Assembly: GCA_001949185.1 (NCBI GenBank)
Contig: BDGG01000001.1
Span: 6,237,591-6,301,590, forward strand
Origin: Ramazzottius varieornatus
Taxonomy: Eukaryota; Animalia; Tardigrada
Length of the DNA stretch: 64,000 nucleotides
Direction of reading: 5' to 3'
Shown here: piece after piece, positions 27,089-39,443 of the stretch
How positions within the stretch are numbered: position 1 is the stretch's first letter
Layout of the letters: each line of letters opens with the position of its first letter
Position numbers and translations under genes: made by a program
The notes under the pieces: model-generated
The model's input: the letters and a program-made list of their open reading frames with translations, nothing else
What the model was told of the DNA's origin: nothing
Database searches by the model: none

Positions 27089-30000
27089 TCACTCTTCTTT
27101 TTCGTCGGAGTCGATCATACCAAAAGTTTCATTGTGGTTGTGCTCCATGAAGGCCGATGGTTCCGGGGACTTCTCCACCATCACTTTCGCTGCCGCTGAG
27201 AGATTAGTGGAACCGTATGGCAAGCCATGGGGGGATTTACGTCGCGCGCTGTTAAACGGTGTACTGTCCACGTTGGACTTCGAGGTGGTACGAGAGCTTC
27301 GCCTGGGTTTACGGGATCCAGATATCAAGAACCCTTTCCAGGCTTTCCGTACTTCCGATCGTTTCAAACAGCGGAATACGAATATGAAGAATCCTTGGAG
27401 GGAATTAGTTATGCAGAAGATGTACTGAAAAACCAGTCGGGCGTGAGAAACGGCCAGCACACCGAAGATCCAAGTGACGCCCAACAACACCATCACAGCT
27501 ACGCTGCCTTGTACTTGGGCCTTCTTGACGCCTTTCTTGCTGTTGGTGGCGAAGGCTGGGCGTGGCTGGCACAGGACGCTGACGATACGGATGAAGATGA
27601 AACTGTTGATCAGTATGACGAAAGCGATAGGTTGGAGGAATGCACAGTAGTAGATCAGGTCATGTCGAGGAGTTAGCCGGCATCTGAATTAGCAAACAGA
27701 ATCTTGATAACCCTTGGAAATTTTGTAAGGAATCAGACAACCTGTTCGTCCTGTGGCTTACACTGGATCGACGTTGGAGGATGTTGTAACTAGTGGTTCG
27801 CCAAGGTAGAAGTCTGTCACCGTTGTACCCGTCGATACTAAGAATGGTAAACCTGTAAACAAGGAAGTCGAGTTTTCGCAACTGGGACTAGGTACCAAAG
27901 AACGGTCAACTAATCCAACTGGCACGTGTGGAAAGGTCTGAATTGCTTACCCCAGCCGGAGATAGATTGCTTGAGAATGCTCTGAGAAGTTGAGTTGGAA
28001 AAGACTTTGATGAGGGAAGTGTACATGTTGAATGCTTCGATGCCCATCCACATGAAAGAGGCTAGCGCGAAAAAGTGTACCGCAGTTGAGATCACCGCAC
28101 ATGGGATCGGCTCGACAGGAAACTCCCCCATAACAGAACCAAACAGGAAACAAGCGTTGAGCAAGGCAATGGCCAGACATAGGTTGATGAGTATCCTTCC
28201 GGATCGATCAGAATGAAGGTACCTGGAAGAGAGTACCCTCATGCGCTACGGGACTACTTACTAACTGTCCGGCTGACGGTTCGAGATTCCTTCATATCGC
28301 GGAAGGTTCTACTTACTTGAAGAACACGTAGGTAAAGGTGGTAATAAGGCAACCAATACAAGAGATCGCACAGCCAATGTAGGATACAATGGACAAAGCC
28401 AGTTTGTGGGCTACGGAAATGATGATTTCACGCGTGGGATCCTGAAATCAGAACACGCGGTTACCAATGTACTCAAAAATTCAGATGCCGTATGTCATAG
28501 ATTCTTACGAATAGTATCGAGAAGGCCGTCATATGGTATGCCTCGCATTCTACTTCGTCTTCTGTCTGGCTGACGAGGTGGACGCCCTCCGTGGACCACT
28601 GCTTTTCTGAATAGTACGAACATATTTAACATCGGGCTTTTCCATCAGTTGTGATTCCCAGTGGTGGGAAGTCAGGGAATAATCCCTTTGTTTTTTTATG
28701 TGGTAAGGACTGTTATCCAACCTTGAGAGTTCCAGTAGACGCAAGTGTAATTCAGCCCATAGACCGAACTAAGTGGCTTCTGAATCCTAAAAGTTATTGG
28801 ATGCGCCAGATTGGTGGTTTCCACCTGAGGTACGTCCGCAACAATGACAGGATTATCCGGTAGAGCTACAGTGTTTCCATCCATCACCACGGTGGCCGGG
28901 ATTGGCTCCCGTTGCTTGTATAACTTCGAGTTATGGTAAACAACAAAGCTAACGCGAGTGCGCTTCGTGCAATTACCATCAGGATCCGTCTTCGACATTG
29001 CAATTGTCAGGGGAATAGAAAGCGAGACTTCCTGGTTGGTTCTTGCCCGGCTTTGGTATATCGATGAGGCGTTGCTGCTTAAGGTTTGACTTTGTAGCTC
29101 GAGGGCGGGGTCGGCAAAATCTGCCGGGAGATCAAGCAAATTGATCTCGACGTTGCTCGCTTCCATGCGTAATTGATACGAAGTATTCGGTATAATGACG
29201 CCAGTGGTGTAAAAGTTAATCGAGCTCACGAGCCTAGAGAAGATTCCCGCATTCAGGAAGTCAATTCAGATGGAATGTGAAAAAATTAAGCGCCTTACTT
29301 TTCTGAGTTTTCGACTGTCAGGGCTGTGTCAAGCTTCCCTTTATCCACATTCATTACGGCTCCCACAACGTCGACCATCGACTGCGCCACCTGCAAACGC
29401 AACCGTACCCATGTGAAATCACCACGAATGATTTACATGAGACAGTTTTCTCTTTCGTCATTCCAAGTCTCCTAATATCGATATCCGGAGGATGCTGACA
29501 TCATTACCGAGACGTCGTTCATTTAAATCATTTCAATCAAATTATGTTCATAGATAGTCTGGATAAAATCAGGGTGTACCTTCACGTCTTGCAAAGCCGC
29601 CAATGCCATGGATTCGACCGCGTCCGCGATCGAGTCTAATTTCTCTGTTGTGATATCGGTCAAAGAGTCAATGATGTCTTCCGCACTTGGGAATAAGATG
29701 GTGGGCGTTGTCGATGTCGATGTCGTTGTCGTTTCCGGAGGCTTAGTGGTGATGGTTACTGCGGTCTCCACGATTTTCAGCTGAATGATTTCTCGCATGT
29801 TCTCGACTGTGTGCATGTTTGTGGCGACGATGGTGATGTCATAGGTGGTATTAACTTTGCCCGTCAGCGGTTCTCGAGTCAGAAACTGTCCGGAATGACG
29901 ATCAATGTAAACCGGCAGGTCTTCACTGATATCAGAGTACAGCTCGTAAATAATTGTCGCTTCGGGGTCTTCCGTATCGACAGCTCGGAATATCGTGATG

Positions 30001-30214
30001 ACACTCTCCGGTGGGAGGGTCTCTTCTACTTCGAATGTATCGGTCCAGTGCTCAAAATTCACTTCACCTATAAATAAATTACTCGTGGACACCGAACAGG
30101 GCGTGGTAAACCGGCAAGAAGATCGACATGATTTTTCTCACCTCCAGAATACCCAACTGACACCACCGTCAAAAACAAAACCAGGATTTTCTGGCGAAAT
30201 CCCCCAAGCAACAT
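27089..30214 (-). CDS. Adhesion GPCR: signal peptide, one cadherin-like repeat, Thr-rich stalk, GAIN/GPS, 7TM
   Basis: Exon 1 (30214-30142) MLLGGFRQKILVLFLTVVSVGYSG. Cadherin-like VEETLPPESVI..AVDTED..IYEL..YIDRHSGQFLTREPL..YDITIVATN. GPS TCVYWN..WSTEGV..CEAYHMTAFSIL. 7TM ALSIVSYIGCAIS, ILINLCLAI, HFFALASFMWMGIEA, LLGVTWIFG, NSLQGFFIF. Confidence 0.9.
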
Positions 30215-31518
30215 TTTGGGTCGAAGAAACGGCAAAATGAATAATCAGGGACAGATGAGAGTTCTTCGCGCACACAGCGTAGTTTGCGCTGACACCTTGC
30301 AGTGTCGAGTGTATCCGTTCCCCTAAATCATCTACAGGGTTGACACACTGGTTATACACATGCTGGTGATACAGTGTTTTCCGCACATTAGCACACTAAT
30401 TGGCCAAGAAAGTGACAAGTAGATCTATTGAGATCCAAACTGCCAATTGCCTGCAGTGGCAACATGTCACCCAGTGGAGTCAGCTCCACGCGTCGCAGGC
30501 ATTATCCTTGCATATCCATGTATTCCGTGAGTAAACTTTCATGTCGCGGTTTGCATCAGTCACTCCACGGGATCATCTATGTGAATGACCGGATACCATC
30601 TGCAATTGTATGTCTCGAGATCGTACCTCGATCGAACGACGTTGATACAGTACGCGGAACTCAGTCAATGAAATTACTTTCTTTAAAGGAGAAACCATAA
30701 AGAAAAATGAGACATCATTAATATTGGAATGCATTAAGCGTTAAGCGCCAAGTCACCTTGTGAGAACATTCATCGAATTCAGTCACTAAGGTTTTTCATA
30801 TGGGATCTCATCAATCTTGTTTATCAAAGTCACATTCTTCTCGTTTAACCTTATTAGTCGGCAATCCTGTGCATGGTTCGGGAGGAAGCACGGCCTTCAC
30901 TTCTTCGAGCCAAAGAGAGCAACATACCATCCTATAGGAGCGGTATTGAATCACTGCGTGCCCGGTGGACTTTGAACGCCTGTCGGACTTTAAACGGAAC
31001 GACAAAAAACTCACAAAAAAAAACAAATGCAAACGCTAACTGCTAGCTAGGCCTGAGACGTGTGGAACCCCACAGGTTCGGACACCGTCCTCCAGTACGT
31101 CCCGTTTTCACTGCGAATTCAGAGGCCCGGATACGATGAGCTTTATCTGTCTTTGAGCTAGGCCTAGGTAAACTACTCCAATATTATGGCCTGGAGTCAA
31201 GCTGTACAATACTCAGAGTACCTGAGCTCCGCGGCTAATTCGTAATTCTCCCAGCGAACCAATTGGCTAATCAAAGGCTAATCAAGGACCCATCACTGTA
31301 TCTGGGTCAGATAAGGACAAGATAGGTATGTAAAAAAAAGACTCTTGCAAACGTTCTTCGCACACGTCAACTAGATACGTTAGTCCGCCCTGGCGTTGAC
31401 AGTTGACTGGGAACAATATTTGCCCACTTTGTCGGACTGTAGTTGGTAAGATGTAAACAACGAAGCCAACCGTAATCAGTACTTCCGTTTGATTTATTGA
31501 TCGAGTTAATCAACTCAA

Positions 31519-32664
31519 AATGTATCTCATGCTGTGGAATATCGTTTGTTTCTGCGCACTAGCTATGACAGGTAAGCGACAACTCAGACATGCAAGTCGA
31601 CGGATAACTCCAACTGGACTCGGCGTCGAGCTGCAATATTTGAACTTGCATGATGTGGACCCTGATGAATTTTCAGGTTTGCATAACGTCCACGGCCATC
31701 TAAGACATCGCCGACAGACCAACACTACTGTCCACTTGTCACATTCATCCAAGAACGCTGCTGACCGAGTCCAAGTCACCTCAAAACCTACCGTGGCAAA
31801 ATTCGGGTGTTTCCCAAACATCTTGGCTGAACCTGTTCCGTCGAACAAACTGAAGGTTTGTCGCAATAGCATTGTTATTTTACTGTGTTTTCTCGTATTT
31901 ATGAATACCTTCATCACACCGAAAGCTGATTCTGTAGAAGTTAGGCTTTTCATACGGATACAGAGCAAACTCCATCCCCGATCAGCCGCAGCCCTACAAT
32001 GTATGGATCAACACCTCCTTCGTGGACAGTGGGCTGGTGTACCTTCCGGACACGATGATTCCCGCCATCCACGCTGTCCAGCATACCCACACTACCTTCA
32101 AAATAAACGACACCATCATCTGTGATCTCCAGGACACGAACCTCCTCAGCAGATACGACGGCGTGGACCACTTCGTATCCTTCGACAGTGACTCAATGGA
32201 CGTTCCACGTAGGTAAACTGTCCAACCACTTTTACTTCTTTTACTCGGAACTGTGTAGGAATGGTTATGTCATCATTGCAGACTCAGGAGTAATGTACTA
32301 TTTGCATGATGATGCGCCGAAACCCCGGGGCTTTGAAATCATTTACACATGCTACGCCCCCAATTATACGACGGGCATTTGCGAGCTGGTTGTCGCCCAG
32401 ATCAACACTCGAGTCCGACCAGACAAGCTAACTAGTCGTGAAAAGCAGCTCATTGATCAAGCAGCGGATCGAGTACTTCGCAAGTACTGCTTCAGCATCG
32501 ACGACATGCCCCTGATTGCTTTCAACGACGAGCTGGATGCTTGTACCGGCGACCCCAACCCTGCATTTCTGGCCTTGGTACAGGGATACAGAGAGTCCTT
32601 GCCGGAAAGAGATACTGCGCCATCTTCAACAAGTTCCGCAACTGCTAATCACAACGCACTTTAG
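31519..32664 (+). CDS. Orphan secreted Cys-containing protein
   Basis: Signal peptide MYLMLWNIVCFCALAMTG; intron 31572-31677; furin-like HLRHRR; further exons (~31964-32208, 32282-32664) with coding-like composition. One splice phase unresolved. Confidence 0.6.
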
Positions 32665-32730
32665 CCCAACTATGGCTATGGTATTGTTCTATCAGAAAAG
32701 TATCTACACGCGATATAAAGGAACATACTG

Positions 32731-33328
32731 TACACGAACGATGAGTAATTATGGGACAGTAAAAATTATGTGACAGGCGGAAAGGACGGCAAAATGTAAA
32801 TTCAACCGTAGAAAAGTGTCGAAAAGTGTCGAAAAGTGTCGAAAAGTGTATTAAAGGACGTTAGCGACTTGAGCGCTACACGTAAGTTGGTGAACGTAAC
32901 GTATATCGTCGGTTACATAGGTGGTACTTCTGATCTGCTGGTTACCGTGATTATACCTTTCATTTGGATGTATTGAGTCAGATTGAATCAGTCGTGTTTT
33001 TGAGTGGTATGGTGTGGTTGAATTAATTTCCCCACCCACCTCTTCCCTTGTTCTAGTATGTGAATGAGTGGTTCATCATTTTGTTTCCCCAATAAAGAAG
33101 GGTTGTCGCTCTGGCCTAATTTGGGGTCAGCAAACCTTGCGACCAGTGTTAGGTGTAAGTTGCCAGAGGATGCCTTTCAGTACCGGCACTTATTTCCGTG
33201 TTCGCGATAGGAGTAAAGTGCGTCAAGTTACTGTGAATCGGTCGCGTACGAACGTGCGCCCGTAACGCGGTAGCGAAAAGGCCTGTCTCACAATTTTTAA
33301 TGTCCCATAATTACTCATCGTGCGTGTA
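32731..33328. mobile_element. CACGC-family MITE carrying a nested ~370-bp insertion
   Basis: TIRs cacg(a/c)acgatgagtaattatgggaca with TA flanks. The body matches the 60334-60519 copy but is split at a duplicated TTA (~32851 and ~33228). gaaaagtgtc is repeated 3-4 times. Confidence 0.75.
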
Positions 33329-33752
33329 TACATATTCACTTCAACATGTGCAGTTTTACGATTGCTGTACAGCGCTTAATTGTGTACTGTTGAATGAACA
33401 CTAGTCCCGATAACATGGGACTCTAATCAAGCGTACGTACTCAATCGCGAAATCACCGAAGGTTTCACCGAATAAATAACCTAGAAATGCACTCCAAAAA
33501 GCCAAAATGCACCTCGGGATGACTTGAAGGCGAAATTTAGTAGACAGCAGCGATTTCCCGTACCTCCGGTTCAATCCAACATCAGAGTTCAGCATCCTAG
33601 AAATATGTCAGTAGCAGTTTGTAAACAAGCTAGCAACTGACGGAATTTCAGTACAATGGATGGCATAGCGAGGCAATATATGGGCATCGGCGGCCCAATT
33701 TGAATACGAACGTTTGCTAGTGACTGGCAGCCATTTTTACTCGTCAGGGCTC

Positions 33753-34607
33753 ACGAGGGGATTATGCCTGTCCTCCGCCTTCCCGGAATATTCTGGTATG
33801 ATAGAACGGTAGAGAAGAGTCTGCTCCATCATCTGAAACTGGCGTAGACTGCCGAATGAAATCCTGGAAGCCTATACAGGAACCGGAAGTGACGTCAAAA
33901 TCTGGGCGGTACATAGTTAGTCAATCAAGCGGTTTGATTTCCATGTGGTTGACTCGTTGCTGATTGACCGAGCGAATTTGACAGAATGTTAAAGACATAT
34001 CAAGGGTACCGTAAACTTTCACTGTTATATCGCTATTTTAATGCATGTCTCAGGCTTGATCTTGTACTTAGACGTCCAGATCGACCTGGCGGGAAATACG
34101 ATACCGTCCAAAGGCACAGGCCACATACAGCCACTGGACGTTCTCAGATTCGTTCGGAGGGTCGCTCAGTTGAGAATGTTGCTCGTAGTACGACTGCAGT
34201 AGTNNNNNNNNNNNNNNNNNNNNNNNNNNNNNNNNNNNNNNNNNNNNNNNNNNATGTTGCTCGTAGTACGACTGCAGTAGTTACCGCAGTAGTTACTGGA
34301 TCCATGGTGCTATTGGAAGGAGAAGAAGAGGAGAAAGGGATTCTCAATAACAGAAGTGATGAGCTTGCATGCTGAAGCACGATGTAGCTCTGTCAATCAG
34401 CAACGAATCAACCACATGGAAATCAAACCGCTTGATTGACTAACTATGTACCGCCCAGATTTTGACGTCACTTCCGGTTCCTGTATAGGCTTCCAGGATT
34501 TCATTCGGCAGTCTACGCCAGTTTCAGATGATGGAGCAGACTCTTCTCTACCGTTCTATCATACCAGAATATTCCGGGAAGGCGGAGGACAGGCATAATC
34601 TCCTCGT
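33753..34607. mobile_element. Young long-TIR (Mutator/foldback-like) non-autonomous element containing the assembly gap
   Basis: 33753-33968 is the reverse complement of 34392-34607 (~215 bp, two mismatches seen). The internal N-gap is flanked by the direct repeat atgttgctcgtagtacgactgcagtagt. Confidence 0.85.
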
Positions 34608-34609
34608 CA

Positions 34610-35678
34610 GAATCGCAGGAGCCATGGCTACCGGAAACACTGCGTGGCGCGCCACTGTGCCAGTATAATTTTTGAGAAAACGAGTCTGAAGTTCTGGGAC
34701 CCCAAGGGCAATATCAAGCCGCTGATGTAATCTGGTGTATCAAACATCCTGGAAAGCGATGCTGAAGTCCATTTGGCGATCTAAACCCTGTTCAAAAATC
34801 CACGTAAGATCCAAAGGGGTTCAAATCTTTGACCGAAAAAGTTTGACTCTCATAATGAAGTCACATTGCACAAAATTGCACGTACAATCGTTTCGACATC
34901 AAACCCCCAGGTTTGGGTGTCTGAGCTGTTGGTCACCCCTGCAGTTTTCTGGAGTATGTTTTCAAAAGGGTGAACAGATATTTGGCGATATTTGGCTCTA
35001 TCACGCGATGCCCTTTAGTATTGCCAGAGTGAAACGATATTACCTCTAGTGTACTCACTGCATTAAGAGTGCAGTTGATACGCATTTCTCCAGTCAATCA
35101 ATGATGTCCAAAATGAACGGCGGAACTCAAGTTACATCAATGGCTAACTCACGATCAACTGGAAAAGTCCGCCCTGACTTGTTTCGACGCTTGATTGTGG
35201 GATTGGACTTTTCCTGTGTATCAACGAGCCTGTACAGAAGCCTGTACTGCAGTGAATACAATAGAGGCAATATCGTTTCACTCTGGTATTGCAAACAAAC
35301 CGAAGTCAAAGATGTGTACTTTGGAGCATAAATGTGCATATGGAAAAAGGGCCGCTGATACCCATATGGCACAGAATTGCGAGACTCACCTGAACCCCGT
35401 GTTCCGTAAGATCTGACACATGCCCTCGTTGGAGTTATGTGAGCCGGATACGGGTTTCCGGGAAGTTCTTGGCTGTCTTCCTCTTCTTCCACCTCGTCGT
35501 TCGCGCTGCGTGCAGGAGAGATATCCCTTTTATGCTTCGTGTGCAGAATTTCAGAGTTTTGGAACGCAGATAGGTCAGCCGCCCTCAAATGTGCGCCCTG
35601 GCAGTGCTGAAGGATGTGGCCGGTAACCAAGAGGCAAAAGAAAGTCAGACACCAGAGCGATTTGGCTCTCGAACTCAT
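34610..35678 (-). pseudogene. Secreted-protein gene, probably disrupted at its 3' end by the long-TIR element
   Basis: Signal peptide MSSRAKSLWCLTFFCLLVTGHILQHCQG, KHKR site and acidic tract. Donor at 35390 is in phase with the exon starting 34948 (ENCRGDQQLRHPNLGFDVETI). Downstream frames hit stops near the element. Confidence 0.5.
35025..35285. mobile_element. Intronic MITE with CAG...CTG ends
   Basis: ~38-bp TIR cagagtgaaacgatatt.cctcta.tgta.tcactgca; flanked by the direct repeat gtattgc (35018-35024 and 35286-35292). Confidence 0.75.
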
Positions 35679-36272
35679 TCCTGCTGGCAATTATAAACAG
35701 TACGACTAGTCAACTTCTCCCTGGAAAATGGCAAAAACTGCTGTGTTTTCCTGTTAGATCATACGGTAGACGGTAGTGGGCTGTTTCAACATAGTTTCTA
35801 TATGGTAGTCTTAGTCCCTAGATAAGTAGATCAATGATGCTGATCGCATGTGGAAAATACCTAGCCGCAGACCGCAATATCTGCAGAGAACGGAAGTCGA
35901 TCGCAATCCGTAATTCCGTTAATCCGTTTATCGGCGTGCGTAACGCCGTCTAGAGGTAGTCCTTAATGTTAACAGGAACAAAAAATTACAGCGGCGAGCA
36001 GTCGGCAGTCTGGCCGATCAGCTGATACGCAGCGTAACGAAGGACCACCGTAGCGCCTGCCATCGGTGTCATTCCTCCCGACTCACGAACAACAGTCCAT
36101 CATCCATGTCAAGCCATCTATTGGATGTTCGTTTTCGCGACGTTCACGGCTCCAGCTTTCGAAACAGCTTCACAACACAATACACGAACTGAATCTTCTC
36201 TCTTAGTATCGATTTGCTCTTGCAGTGAATGGCTTTGGGTTACATATATCCCGTTGGTAAAGGTGCCGGAGA

Positions 36273-37397
36273 ATGGAAGACAGAATGGGCCACGCAGAAG
36301 GCCACATCGGTGAGTTGCAGTGCTGCGGCTGCCCGACGGCCAATATCCACGACATTCCCCCATCCCTCCTGGCAGAAATTTTCGCCAGTCTGGAGGCTTA
36401 CTCCCGCATTCGCCTGAGACGGTAAGTGACAATGGTCGCTTTCAAGAAAGTACACATAAGATCTGGGGACTCTATACTCTTTGGCTTGTTCCAGAGCCTG
36501 TTCGGAATGGCGCGATCAGCTGGCTTCACATCGTCTCACAACCAACGGAATCTTCCTCGACATGGACATCTTTACCTAAAGACCGACAAACCCGCTCGAC
36601 TAGAAACCTTCATTAACGGGAAGAACTTCACCTTCAACTACGAGTAGGAACGGGCAGAACGGGTGTTCGAACGACTGGCTTACTGCATCTCCAGCAAAAT
36701 ACTTCTGCCGGAAGTGACGACGTTATACGTCCGCATTCGAGAGCCCATAAAGACGTTCCAGAAGCTGGTGATGAAGCAGTCTTTCTACAGTCAATGCTTC
36801 TCCATCTTGGTCAAGTCCTTCCTTCGTGAGTTGTTTGGTGAGACTTATGCGCAACGCATCGTTCTGTGTGACAGTCTCCTTCTGGAAGATCTCATGACCA
36901 TCTCGATTGTCGCACCGGACAAAGGTAACGAGGACGAGATGGTTGTCAGCTTCAACCGTTTCTTCTGGGTTCGGTCATCCATGAAGGATCTGACACTGTG
37001 GAACTGTCGAGTATTGGTCAAGCCGTTGACACCTGGAGGACACACAGAGATTGTCTTGGCGAATTTCTCCTTCCGGTTGGAGAAGGAACACAAGGCTCTG
37101 GACATGATCTGCGCCTTTCGGGATGCTTGCTGTCCCAGGCCGGATATTACTGCCTGCAAGCATCACATTCAGAGTGGGCTGTCGTTACGCGAAGCCGGTC
37201 CGGAAGTGATGGAGAATGCTCAGACGGCTTCGCGCACAAGTTGGCTGTGAGTTTGATAGAATCGTGAAGGTTTGTCATGCTTAGAAAATGGTTTTATAAT
37301 GGTTTTTGATTTTCAGGAAGCAGTATGTGTCGCGAATTCCGGAGGATATCGGGAAAAAGAACGCAGGAGAAATGGATTTCTACTGTATCGTAGATAA
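36273..37397 (+). pseudogene. F-box protein pseudogene
   Basis: Spliced F-box IHDIPPSLLAEIFASLEAYSRIRLRR|ACSEWRDQL (intron 36422-36494). Frameshift/stop near 36576 and an in-frame TAG at 36645-36647 before the 195-aa ORF. Confidence 0.65.
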
Positions 37398-37891
37398 CTG
37401 ATGAGTGACGCTTGGACCCTCGTCTAGTAACCCTAACTTGTGTTGAAAAATTCTGTTCTTTACATAGAGGAACTCTTTTGCTCCCGTAGCCAGTCGCGTT
37501 TCTATCATCGAGTTGACCGAAAAATTACTGATTGTTATTTCCTTCCCTTGACGACCCGATACTCCAGAATTTTGTGGCGGCCCATACTGTGAAACGATGC
37601 ACCGTAACCGTAGCTGCGTATCGAAGTTCGTAAGTACGGTCCACGCCAGGCAGGTCCATTGATTCACTTGATTGGCCTAAGCTGTTCATGCATTGCAGCC
37701 TTTGCAGGCACTGCAGTCAGGACTTGGAAAAGAGATGATTATTATTAATGTTTCACATGTTTTGATTTTATCAGAAGCTCAGAATTTATCTTATTTGGTC
37801 TGTATTTGTCGAACCAGTCACTGAAGTCAAAGAGAGGAAGTACACAGGGCCGATGTGGTAATGGGCTGATGAGCTTGCAGGCCGGCGTCAG

Positions 37892-39443
37892 CATGGAGCG
37901 AAAGACGACATTGTTCTTCTCCTTCCGCTCCGTGCTGATCCTGTCGGCTTCCCTTGGATACTTTTATTACCTTCTACGTCGGCCTTACCCAGGCATCGCG
38001 TTCCTTCCCGAAGATGTCTGGCGCATCAAACTGCTCGCCGCGGCCAGCAAAAGCTACTCCTTCATCGTAAGGAAAACCGTATTGAAAAATTGAAATTTCG
38101 ATATTAATTTTATTATTTGTTGTGGTTTAATCAATGGCGAAGTCAATCAACTGGTGGTATCTTGATTGTTTAATAGGTCAGAATGTGCGAGAAAATTGGC
38201 TGGAGCTCGGAGATCGCAGTCCTCCGTCGACTGTATCATTTCGAAGCTCTCCTCCTGGCACGGAAACCGAAGACCAAGATCCATAAGCAGGACGTTGATC
38301 TGGGCAACGTGCGATGCGTGCTTTACAGAAAAGCTTCCTGGGTACCGACAGTCATATTGAGGCCGTGCGTGATCTACCTTCACGGAGGTGGATGGGTCTT
38401 CACCACAGTTGGTACGTCGTAGTCAAAATCAACCGTGATCCTTCGTCGCGCAATGAGTTTTGACGTCAAAGGTGTGATTTCTAGTTTTGCAGTATCCTCA
38501 TTCGTTTACCATCTGGTTGGTCCATGTTGAAGACTGCTTCTACACGACGTCGCGTGTTGTAGTAAAGCCTAGCCGGAAATACATCATGATTCTCTTTCTT
38601 ACAGAAGAGCGGGATGCCCATCATAGGCACATCGTGGACCGCGCTGATGTGAACGTCGTGGCTGTTGAATACCGCAAAGCTCCCGAACATCCCTTCCCAG
38701 CTGCCTTCAATGACTGCTACAACGCCGTGAAGTTCATCCACTCTACCTTCGAACGTTTTGGGGTGGACAAGGACCGGATTAGTCTTTGCGGAGATAGCGC
38801 GGGAGGAAACCTGGCAGCTGCAGTGGCCACTCGGCTCCGCGACGAGGGTCTCAACCTCTTGAAACACCAAATTCTCATCTACCCCGGTGTGCAATTCATT
38901 ACGTTCAGTCTCAATTCTCACTTGAGGAAGTTTCCTTTACTGTCCAAAGAAGACTGTGTTTGGTGCATGTTGACGTACTTAGGTGAAAGTCAGTCCTTAG
39001 CGGAAGTCATTTACAACGGTAATCACATTTCGGAAGACTTGCTGGAACATCCGGCTTTCTTTGCGTTAGAACGCTATCAGTCGACTCCTTTCCGGATATC
39101 TAAGCCGGTCATCTCATCGACAACCACGGAGAGTTCGAGGGGGGATTCGGTCCACCACGACTTTGAGCTGACGAGGTTTCGGGAAAAGATCAAAGACCCT
39201 AGTTTGTGTCCGTTGATGGCGGCTTCCATGCGTGGTCTCCCAACCACTTTACTTCTCCTCTGTGATTTTGATGTCTTGCTAGATGATGGGTTAGTTTATG
39301 CCGATAGATTGAAGAGCGATAATGTGCCGGTAACGGTGATAACAGTACCTGGACACCATGGGTGTTTCAGGAATTTCCAGAGTACCAAGTGTGGAGCTCT
39401 GATGATGGACCACCTTGTTGGCTTTCTTCGGGCTAATTTATAA
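37892..39443 (+). CDS. Arylacetamide deacetylase/NCEH1-like esterase (HSL family), copy 1
   Basis: N-terminal TM anchor; YLHGGGW, VEYRKAPEHPFPAAFNDC, GDSAGGN, CDFDVLLDDG, HHG. Three exons (introns ~38068-38176 and 38412-38603). Confidence 0.9.

Noticed and set aside
34176-34281. 28-bp direct repeats around the N-run as a repeat-spacer unit
   Set aside because: Most simply a collapsed tandem repeat at a scaffold gap; the gap content is unknown.
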